Positions 7,125 through 14,984 of a DNA stretch of 64,000 nucleotides are shown piece after piece. The notes under the pieces were generated by a model. It searched no databases and had not been told where the DNA came from. It worked only from the letters and a program-made list of their open reading frames with translations. The stretch's first letter is position 1. The number at the start of each line of letters is the position of its first letter. Source of the DNA: an uncultured Muribaculaceae bacterium (GTDB taxonomy: Bacteria; Bacillota_I; Bacilli_A; RF39; UBA660). The position numbers were made by a program, and so were the translations under genes. The stretch spans positions 40,531 through 104,530 of the forward strand of contig CAZHOG010000003.1 in the NCBI GenBank assembly GCA_964533935.1, in the 5' to 3' direction.

Positions 7125-8258
7125 CTAGATTTCAGATGATGAGATGCTGATAACTGGGCGAACTCCGAAGTAAGAAGTATTGTAGTAAGTGTGGCGGTAG
7201 AAGGAGCCAGAGCTATGAACATCCCACACAGTACTAGTAGTATTCAAAGAGCCGGACCAATAAGAAGTAGAATAAATAAATGCTGGAGCTGATGTACAGA
7301 AATTGTTACCTGATGAACATCCTAGCGTTTCCAATTCTTCTTTTGTTATAAGACTTGCACTATTTATTGTTGCTCCTAGTTCTTCTAATTTTGTTTTATA
7401 TGTATTTACATATCCTTCTACTATACTTCCTGCATATTCTGAAGAAGTGGATGAAAAAGCTGTAGTACCATTATATATATATATATCTTGTCCTGATACG
7501 TATCCTACCATTGTACTATCTTGCATATCTGTAGCTTCATCTCCATAGGGGGTATAAGTACTCGTTGAGTTATCAAATGTCCCACCAACATATAAATTAT
7601 ATTGAGCTAACGCTTTAATATTTGTGTCATCATTAGATATTACATAAAAGCTTTCAGTTCCTGTAGTTATCAAATCACCTATGTCAGCTTTATTATTGCC
7701 ATTTTCATCTGTTGTTAATGTCCATATGCTTGCAACTGGTGTTTCAACTTTTAATGTATCTACTCCTAGAGTTGCACTGAAAGTCTTACCTTGATATGCA
7801 TTTTGATTTTCTTCTTTATATTTGTAACTTACTGTTAATGTATATTCTTTTGTTACTCCTGATGCTATTGATACATTTGTCATAACATAGTCTTTTCCAG
7901 TATTTGTTTCTGGTAAAACAGTTTCACTTACCACACTACCAGTTTCATCAGATAATGTGTATACTAAATCTTCATTGAATTCATTTGTAATATTTTGTAA
8001 ATAAATATTATAATCTACTGCTATAGTACTGGTATTTTCTACAGTAAATGTTTTTGTAAATGAATCTCCTGGAACTATTCCAGTTACATTTATTTCTTGG
8101 CCTCCTGTATATACTAGTGTTAACTCATTAGTTTTAATCACTGTTTCTGTTTTATTATTTTCTTTTACTCTTGCACTATAGTATGCATATGATGCACCAG
8201 CTACAAGAGCTACCACTGCAATAATACTTACTACAATTATTGCTATTTTCTTTTTCAT
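7125..8258 (-). CDS. DGR target protein: SipW-type signal, TasA/camelysin-like domain, DUF1566/C-type-lectin-like variable C-terminus
   Basis: N-terminus MKKKIAIIVVSIIAVVALVAGASYAYYSA (compare TasA/CalY ...GGGTFAYFSD). PGDSFTKTFTVEN and QNAYQGKTFSATLGV match TasA-family landmarks. C-terminus has SLITKEELETLGC...STSYWSGS...YFGVRPVI (DUF1566-like pattern), and the VR covers WSGS...GVRP. Confidence 0.85.
   Translation of the reverse strand: MKKKIAIIVVSIIAVVALVAGASYAYYSARVKENNKTETVIKTNELTLVYTGGQEINVTGIVPGDSFTKTFTVENTSTIAVDYNIYLQNITNEFNEDLVYTLSDETGSVVSETVLPETNTGKDYVMTNVSIASGVTKEYTLTVSYKYKEENQNAYQGKTFSATLGVDTLKVETPVASIWTLTTDENGNNKADIGDLITTGTESFYVISNDDTNIKALAQYNLYVGGTFDNSTSTYTPYGDEATDMQDSTMVGYVSGQDIYIYNGTTAFSSTSSEYAGSIVEGYVNTYKTKLEELGATINSASLITKEELETLGCSSGNNFCTSAPAFIYSTSYWSGSLNTTSTVWDVHSSGSFYRHTYYNTSYFGVRPVISISSSEI
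7154..7260 (-). repeat. DGR variable repeat (VR), 107 nt, last ~35 codons of the target gene
   Basis: Identical to the TR at both ends (TTGGTCCGGCTCTTT... and ...GGAGTTCGCCCAG). Internal differences fall almost entirely at TR adenines. Confidence 0.85.
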
Positions 8259-8369
8259 TTTTTCTCCTACTTTCTATATTACATAATAAGTGTAACTCAG
8301 TTTAATAATAAACTTCAATATAAATGATTTAATATGTTTGTTTTTGACAAGTAATTAACATTAATAAAG

Positions 8370-8396
8370 CAAAAAAAATTGTACAAATGTACAATT
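8370..8396 (-). terminator. Rho-independent terminator after pyk
   Basis: AATTGTACA-AA-TGTACAATT hairpin followed by a T run on the minus strand. Confidence 0.6.
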
Positions 8397-9806
8397 TTAA
8401 ATTTCTTCTATTTTCATTAAGTTAGTTGTTTTTGTAACCCCTGTATTTGGGAATCCTCCAGTAATAACAACTATATCTCCTGTTTCTAAATTCATAAACT
8501 CTTTTGCTTTATTAATAGATGATTCTATTACTTCATCAGTAGTATTTAATACTGGAACATTTGTAGTATATACACCCCAATTTAATGCAAGACCTCTTTG
8601 AGTTTTTTCATCAGGACAAGCGGCTAAAATCAAACAATTAGGTTTTAAGTTACTTATTTTCCTAGCTGTAAATCCACTAACTGTAGCAGCTACTATTAAT
8701 TTAGCTCCTAACATATTTGCACTTTCAACAACACTATTTGCTATTGTTTGGGTAATACCTATTCTACTTTTATAATCAAATGATTGAATTAATTCTCCAT
8801 GATTTTCTGTGAATTCACAAACATCAGCCATGAATTTAACTGTTTCAACTGGAAATTTACCAACTGTTGATTCTCCAGATAACATAACTGCATCTGTTCC
8901 ATCTAATACAGCATTAGCTACATCACTAATTTCTGCTCTAGTAGGTCTAGAATTTTTCTTCATTGATTCTAACATTTCAGTAGCAACAATACATATTTTT
9001 CCTTGTTCACGAGCTTTTTTTATTAATTTTTTTTGAATAATTGGTAATTCTTCTAATTTAGCTTCAACACCAAGATCTCCACGAGCTACCATTATACCTT
9101 CAGATTCTTCTAATATACTTTCAACATTTTCAACACCTAAAGTACTTTCAATTTTACATATTAATTTTAAATCTTCACGATTTTGTTCTTTTAATATTTT
9201 TTTAACTTCTAAAACTTCTTCACGAGTGGAAACAAATGATAAAGCTAAGAAATCTCCTTCATGTTGACATGCATAAATAATATCTTCGCGATCAACATCA
9301 CTAATAAATGGTATATCTAATTTAACTCCTGGAACACTTAAACTTTTTTTGTTTCCTAGAACTCCACCATTAATAATCTTGCAAGTAACGCCATCTTCCT
9401 CAACACTTATTACATCCATTCTCATTAATCCGTTTTCAAGTAATATTATATTACCTACTTCTAATGAATCAATTGCTTGTTTATAGTTAACTGAAAATCT
9501 TTTTTCATTACCAAGAACTTCTTCTTTAACAATTCTAATAGTTTTTCCTTCAGCTAAATTAATTTCATCATTTTCTAACATACCATTTCTAAATTCTGGC
9601 CCTTTTGTATCATATAATATAGCTATATTTTGTTTAGTTATTTCTCTAACTTTTTTAACTGATTCAACTACATCTTCTCTTTCTTGAATAGTTGCATGGG
9701 AAAAATTAATTCTTGCAACATTCATTCCACTTTCAACCATTTTACTCATTGTATCAACACCTACACTTGCAGGTCCAATACTACATATTATTTTTGTTTT
9801 CTTCAT
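8397..9806 (-). CDS. pyk: Pyruvate kinase
   Basis: MKKTKIICSIGPAS, ARINFSH, MVARGDLGVE, full-length 469 aa. Confidence 0.95.
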   Translation of the reverse strand: MKKTKIICSIGPASVGVDTMSKMVESGMNVARINFSHATIQEREDVVESVKKVREITKQNIAILYDTKGPEFRNGMLENDEINLAEGKTIRIVKEEVLGNEKRFSVNYKQAIDSLEVGNIILLENGLMRMDVISVEEDGVTCKIINGGVLGNKKSLSVPGVKLDIPFISDVDREDIIYACQHEGDFLALSFVSTREEVLEVKKILKEQNREDLKLICKIESTLGVENVESILEESEGIMVARGDLGVEAKLEELPIIQKKLIKKAREQGKICIVATEMLESMKKNSRPTRAEISDVANAVLDGTDAVMLSGESTVGKFPVETVKFMADVCEFTENHGELIQSFDYKSRIGITQTIANSVVESANMLGAKLIVAATVSGFTARKISNLKPNCLILAACPDEKTQRGLALNWGVYTTNVPVLNTTDEVIESSINKAKEFMNLETGDIVVITGGFPNTGVTKTTNLMKIEEI

Positions 9807-9917
9807 ACTTCTAACTCCCTCGCCTTTAACATTTTATCAAAAAAAGTTAAAAAGTCAAATTAAATAACATAATAAATTTAAAAACATATTATAAATTAGA
9901 GTATTTTGGAGGTAATT

Positions 9918-10715
9918 ATGATAAATTGGTTTATTAATTTAAATTGTATTTTACAAGCATTCTTAGCCACTTTATTTACTTATGGCATTACTGCATTAGG
10001 TGCAAGTATAGTTTTATTATTCAAAAAAGTTAATAAAAATTTTATGGATGCAATGCTAGGATTCGCTGGTGGATTAATGATTGCAGCATCATTTTTTTCA
10101 CTTATCTCACCAGCTATTATTATGTCAAATAATTTAAAAATGACATCCTGGTTAGTAGTAACCATTGGATTTATTGGCGGTGGAATACTTTTATTTATTG
10201 GTGATAAATTCTTTGATAAAATATCTAAAAAGAAAAATAAGGAATCTTCTAAGTTTAAAAGATGCTTAATGTTAATGTTTTCAATAACATTACATAATAT
10301 TCCAGAAGGTGCTGCAGTTGGAGTAGCTTTTGGTTCCCTTGCCTATAATTTAGATGGTGCAACTCTTGCTTCTGCTTGCATGCTTGCATTAGGTATTGGT
10401 ATTCAAAATTTTCCTGAAGGTACAGCAATAAGTGTTCCTTTAAGACGTGAAGGCTTTTCTAGAAAAAAATCATTTTTCTTTGGTCAATTAAGTGGCCTAG
10501 TTGAACCAATATCTGGAGTTATTGGAGCTATCTTAGTAATTAAAGTAAGATTTTTATTACCATATTTATTAGCATTTGCAGCCGGTGCTATGATTTATGT
10601 TGTTGTTGAAGAATTAATTCCTGAAAGTCAAACAAATGAAAATAAAGATTATATGGCTTTTTTTACCTTAATTGGATTTGCTATTATGATGATCTTAGAT
10701 GTTTCTCTTGGATAA
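9918..10715 (+). CDS. ZIP-family metal (zinc) transporter
   Basis: HNIPEGAAVG and QNFPEGTA motifs, multi-TM. The ATG at 9918 follows a GGAGG RBS. The track's TTG start at 9906 overlaps that RBS. Confidence 0.8.
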   Translation: MINWFINLNCILQAFLATLFTYGITALGASIVLLFKKVNKNFMDAMLGFAGGLMIAASFFSLISPAIIMSNNLKMTSWLVVTIGFIGGGILLFIGDKFFDKISKKKNKESSKFKRCLMLMFSITLHNIPEGAAVGVAFGSLAYNLDGATLASACMLALGIGIQNFPEGTAISVPLRREGFSRKKSFFFGQLSGLVEPISGVIGAILVIKVRFLLPYLLAFAAGAMIYVVVEELIPESQTNENKDYMAFFTLIGFAIMMILDVSLG

Positions 10716-10717
10716 AA

Positions 10718-10750
10718 AAATAAATCAGGATAACCTGATTTATTTTATTG
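10718..10750. terminator. Bidirectional terminator hairpin
   Basis: AAATAAATCAGG-ATAA-CCTGATTTATTT, flanked by an A run and a T run. Confidence 0.5.
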
Positions 10751-11282
10751 AATGAATAAACGAAAATATTTCATCTACTTTATATAGCAATACTAATATA
10801 ATTAATCCAATATATAAATATTTTTTATTTATTTTATTATATATTTTTTCTAGAGTTGGTAATATTATCTTTGCAAAAATTACACCTAAAACTCCCCACC
10901 CTAATGAAATAAATAAACAAACTCTACCATTAATATTAAGTGGCTGACTGGAATAATCCCACCATGAATTGTGATAAAAAATTTCTAAAGCAACACTTGT
11001 TAAATATTCAAAAATCGTACAAGAAAGTAATGCTATTATAAAAGCTTTAAACCAATTATTTTCAAATTTATTAAGTAATAAGTATAATAAAATTGTTGCC
11101 CATCCATACATTGGTCTCCACATAAAATACATGAATCCACTAAAACATATTCGATGCTCAGTTAATAATATAAATGTTATTTCAATAATACCACCTATAA
11201 AAGAACCTACAAAAAACAAAAAAGTTAAAAACGCTATACACTCAAATATTTTTTCATAATTTCTTTTTTTAATATTATCCAA
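10740..11282 (-). CDS. Small polytopic membrane protein (PF06541-like, WWDYS motif)
   Basis: 4-5 predicted TM helices, NSWWDYSSQPLNINGRV. Confidence 0.4.
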   Translation of the reverse strand: MDNIKKRNYEKIFECIAFLTFLFFVGSFIGGIIEITFILLTEHRICFSGFMYFMWRPMYGWATILLYLLLNKFENNWFKAFIIALLSCTIFEYLTSVALEIFYHNSWWDYSSQPLNINGRVCLFISLGWGVLGVIFAKIILPTLEKIYNKINKKYLYIGLIILVLLYKVDEIFSFIHSIK

Positions 11283-11290
11283 CTTCTAAT

Positions 11291-12331
11291 TTAATTAAAC
11301 TTAAATACTTTCTTTGCTATTTTATATCCTTTTAATGAAATGAAATCACCAAATTTACCTGGAAGATATGTTAAACCTGAAATTGATTTATTTTTTAATC
11401 GTTTATATAACTTTAAATCTTTTTCTTTAACATAATTCCATAGTTCTTCTCTTTTTAAAAGTGCTTCTTTGTCACCAATCATTAACAAATATATATCTGA
11501 AATTACAAACATCATTGATAAAAAGTTAACCATGTATTTTTCTAGTTTTATTGACTTATTTTTAACATCTACTAAATTTGTACAATCTACCATTAGCTTA
11601 GTAACTTTTATTTGTTGATCAACTCTACCCATCATTACTTTTTCATTAACAGATTGATCTTCTCTTCCAATAAAATAATGATACAAATCAACATCTATAT
11701 AGCAAAAATTATTTACATAAGAAAGTGGTTGATAAGCAACTATATTATCTACATAAAAAGTATGTTCTGGAAGAAGCAATTTTGATTGTTTTAATATTTC
11801 AGTTTTATATAATAACGAATGCATAATTAAGTACTGACTTTTTTTAAATGAACCAATTTCTTCCCATTTCATAATTTTATTTTCATTAAATATATTATTA
11901 TAACTCATTGTTTTTTGGAACCCATCGTATAAATGATCATAAATATAATTAGATATTACTAAATCAACATTAATATTTTCTTCATCCCATTTTTTTATAG
12001 TATTTATTATTTTAATTAAAGCATCTTCATCTAACCAATCATCACTATCAACAACTTTAAAATATTTACCACTAGCTTCTTTTAACCCAGCATTAACTCC
12101 ACTACCGTGTCCACCATTAACTTTATGAATCACTTTAATTAATTTAGGATATCTTTTTTGATAACCATCAGCAATTTTTCCTGTATCATCTGTTGAACCA
12201 TCATCAACGATTATTATCTCAACATCTTCTTTGCCTTTAATTAAAGAATTAATACATCTTTCCATATATGCAGCAGAATTATAACAAGGTACTGCAAAAG
12301 TAATTAATTTATTTTTATTATTTTTTTTCAT
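11291..12331 (-). CDS. Family 2 glycosyltransferase
   Basis: FAVPCYNSAAYMERCINSL, IIVDDGSTDDT, VDSDDW. Confidence 0.8.
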   Translation of the reverse strand: MKKNNKNKLITFAVPCYNSAAYMERCINSLIKGKEDVEIIIVDDGSTDDTGKIADGYQKRYPKLIKVIHKVNGGHGSGVNAGLKEASGKYFKVVDSDDWLDEDALIKIINTIKKWDEENINVDLVISNYIYDHLYDGFQKTMSYNNIFNENKIMKWEEIGSFKKSQYLIMHSLLYKTEILKQSKLLLPEHTFYVDNIVAYQPLSYVNNFCYIDVDLYHYFIGREDQSVNEKVMMGRVDQQIKVTKLMVDCTNLVDVKNKSIKLEKYMVNFLSMMFVISDIYLLMIGDKEALLKREELWNYVKEKDLKLYKRLKNKSISGLTYLPGKFGDFISLKGYKIAKKVFKFN

Positions 12332-12410
12332 ACAACACTTCCCAATGACTCTATTTAATTAAGTATATCATAATATATAAAACAAACAAATAATTATTTG
12401 TTTGTTAATT

Positions 12411-13151
12411 TTAATCACAATTTTTTTCTGTGCATACACCTGTATTTTTAAATACTTTATTAAACATTGAATTATATGCATTATATAATTCTTTATATTG
12501 ATCATTTGTCATTTTATCATGTTTTGTTTGATTTTCTTCTAATTCTACAGTACCAGTATGATCATCTACTACTTTACCATTTTTTGTTGCGATAACATAA
12601 GGCATATAAATTCTTTTTTCTTTAGTATTATATGATTTTCCTTTATCATCTGTGATACTGTAAATACTTAATCTATCATCAAGCTTTTCTAATAATTTAT
12701 AGTAGTCTTCTGTGCCTTCTTTTGTTTTAACTACCTTTTTATTTTGAACTTCAAAAGTATCTCTATCTTCATCTATATTTAAATAATATATTTTTTCTAT
12801 ATTATTTTTTTTAGCAACTTCTATTAATACTGGAACTGCATTACGACACCAAGGACACCAATTAGCACCAATATATATAATTGCATTATCATTGTCTAAA
12901 ATATTTAATGCTTCTTTTATAGTTATATATACCATAGGATTATCTTCACTAATACTTACATTATTATATTTTTGACCATCAGATTCTCTTGTGGTATTGT
13001 TTAATAATTCATATTCTTTTTTAAATTTAATTGCATCAGCACTATTTGCTTTTTCATCTCTTTTATTAAATAGTAGTATTCCTCCCACTATCATTATTGC
13101 AATAAAAATAATTGCAGATATAATTATTGTAACTTTTGAACTTTTTTTCAT
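12411..13151 (-). CDS. Membrane-anchored thioredoxin-like protein
   Basis: ANWCPWCR CxxC motif after an N-terminal TM anchor. The likely start is the second ATG (MKKSSK), which is preceded by GGAGAG. Confidence 0.6.
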   Translation of the reverse strand: MKKSSKVTIIISAIIFIAIMIVGGILLFNKRDEKANSADAIKFKKEYELLNNTTRESDGQKYNNVSISEDNPMVYITIKEALNILDNDNAIIYIGANWCPWCRNAVPVLIEVAKKNNIEKIYYLNIDEDRDTFEVQNKKVVKTKEGTEDYYKLLEKLDDRLSIYSITDDKGKSYNTKEKRIYMPYVIATKNGKVVDDHTGTVELEENQTKHDKMTNDQYKELYNAYNSMFNKVFKNTGVCTEKNCD

Positions 13152-13247
13152 AATATCTCTCCATTTCATGGTTCAATTTTATATTATAATAATGATAAAA
13201 AAAATAAACCTAAAATTGAAAAAACTCAACTATTGGTTGAGTTTTAA

Positions 13248-13949
13248 TTATTTACAATTTTCTTCTAAAGATAATGGAATCTTGTATGTGATTATTTTAT
13301 TATTTGAATCAGTGGCATTAATTAATAAATATAAACTATGATCTTGATATTTTTTACATGTTCCTGCATAATTATCTATATTAAATTTTAAATCTTTTAA
13401 AAATTCTTCTAATCGAATCGGTTCATTTATATCCACATTATATTCATCAATTTTTATTTCCGCATTTTCATCTTTTTCATATAAACTACATTTTATATCT
13501 GAATACACTTCGTTATCGTCTCCACCACAATACTCCACATTTGAAATGTATATTGAAGATTTTTGATCATTATATGCCATACTTCCTGAAATAGTAAACT
13601 GACTACAAGAAGATGATAAAGTTTTAAATTCAAAATTTTTTGAATTATAATGAATAACTACTTCAATGGCAATTATTAATAAAATAATTACTAAAGAAAT
13701 TAAGCCAATAACAATCTTAGTTTTTTTATTTTTTTTAGGTTTAATAGAACCATCTAATACATCTTCAATATTAATATTAAAATCTTTACTAATTTGCTTA
13801 ATCAAAGAAATATCTGGCATATTTTTACCATTTTCCCACTTGCTAACAGCTTGATAAGTAACATTATATTTTTCAGCTAATTCTCTTTGAGTAAGATTAT
13901 TTCTTTTTATTAATTCTTTAATAAACTCCCCAAATTTTTCTTGATTCAT
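13248..13949 (-). CDS. XRE-family HTH protein with TM segment and extracytoplasmic domain
   Basis: LTQRELAEKYNVTYQAVSKWENGKNMPD, followed by a TM helix. Confidence 0.7.
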   Translation of the reverse strand: MNQEKFGEFIKELIKRNNLTQRELAEKYNVTYQAVSKWENGKNMPDISLIKQISKDFNINIEDVLDGSIKPKKNKKTKIVIGLISLVIILLIIAIEVVIHYNSKNFEFKTLSSSCSQFTISGSMAYNDQKSSIYISNVEYCGGDDNEVYSDIKCSLYEKDENAEIKIDEYNVDINEPIRLEEFLKDLKFNIDNYAGTCKKYQDHSLYLLINATDSNNKIITYKIPLSLEENCK

Positions 13950-14012
13950 TAAATCACTTCCTTAAAGCCATTAGTATTATATCATAAAAAAAATATAGAT
14001 GTTATCTATATT

Positions 14013-14660
14013 TTATCCAGAAAAAGTCGCATCTAAATAATAGATTTGTCTTCCTTCTTTTAAGTATTGTTTTTCATAATTAGTCATTACATTTTCAATT
14101 GGATTTTCATCATGATGTAAATCCATACTGATACGATCAAATACATACCAATATTGAGACATGGTCTCTAATGAATGAGCAAAGAATCCTTTATTATCTG
14201 TTTTTAAAACGATATGTTTATTCTTTTTAAAAATTTTATCATATAATTTAAGATAAACAAAATGAGTAAATCTTTTCTTGTCATCTTTTTTCTTTGGCCA
14301 TGGATCACAGAATGTTAAATAAATAGTATCTATTTCTTTGCCAAAAATATTATCTAATTCCATTGCATCTTTATTGATTAATTTTAGATTTGGTAATTTT
14401 AAACTTTCTAACTTTTTTATGCCCATAACCATTTGAGAATCATTAACTTCAAGTCCAATGAAATTTTTATTTGGATAGGTCTTTGCCATATCAATTATAA
14501 AGTCTCCTCTACCCATTCCTAGTTCTAAACAAATGGGATTATTATTGCCAAATAATGAAGACCATTTTTTCTTATATTCACTTGGATTATTAACAACATA
14601 AGGACTTCTTTTAACAATTAAATCAGCATTTTTTATTACATTATATTCCACAAATATCAC
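14013..14660 (-). CDS. trmB: tRNA (guanine-N7)-methyltransferase
   Basis: LELGMGRGDF, FCDPWPKKKDDKKRF. Confidence 0.85.
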   Translation of the reverse strand: MIFVEYNVIKNADLIVKRSPYVVNNPSEYKKKWSSLFGNNNPICLELGMGRGDFIIDMAKTYPNKNFIGLEVNDSQMVMGIKKLESLKLPNLKLINKDAMELDNIFGKEIDTIYLTFCDPWPKKKDDKKRFTHFVYLKLYDKIFKKNKHIVLKTDNKGFFAHSLETMSQYWYVFDRISMDLHHDENPIENVMTNYEKQYLKEGRQIYYLDATFSG

Positions 14661-14688
14661 TCCTGCTCAATATTATATCATAACTTGT

Positions 14689-14982
14689 CTATTTTTTAAT
14701 ATTTAATACATCAATAATTAAAATACATATTAATAATATAATTATTATATATGGTGTTAAAATTTTATCAACAAAAGCAGTTTGAATAAAAAATTCATAA
14801 TTATTACCACCAAATACAAAATCAAATTTTTTATTACTCCAATAAATATATAATCCAAATGTTAAACCTATTAAGCATAATTGAATGATTCCAACTTTTC
14901 TTTTTTTTATTATTGCTTTTATAGATGAATACAAACTAAAACCGATAATAATTCCAAATACAAAGTCAAACATTGTTACCAC
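14689..14982 (-). CDS. Small membrane protein, unknown function
   Basis: 97-aa ORF with three hydrophobic segments, tightly packed after the ATPase gene. Confidence 0.3.
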   Translation of the reverse strand: MVTMFDFVFGIIIGFSLYSSIKAIIKKRKVGIIQLCLIGLTFGLYIYWSNKKFDFVFGGNNYEFFIQTAFVDKILTPYIIIILLICILIIDVLNIKK

Positions 14983-14984
14983 CT

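Larger units (their letters stand above)
5258..8258 (-). mobile_element. Diversity-generating retroelement cassette: target(VR) - TR - avd - RT
   Basis: All four canonical parts are co-oriented and contiguous. See the individual features below. Confidence 0.88.

Noticed and set aside
1-8396. Calling the accessory patch a prophage or integrative element
   Set aside because: I could see no integrase, transposase, terminal repeats, tRNA attachment site or phage structural genes, and gmk sits in the middle.
9807-9905. Possible Zur box upstream of the ZIP transporter
   Set aside because: I found no match to the TCGTAAT-N-ATTACGA type palindrome by eye.
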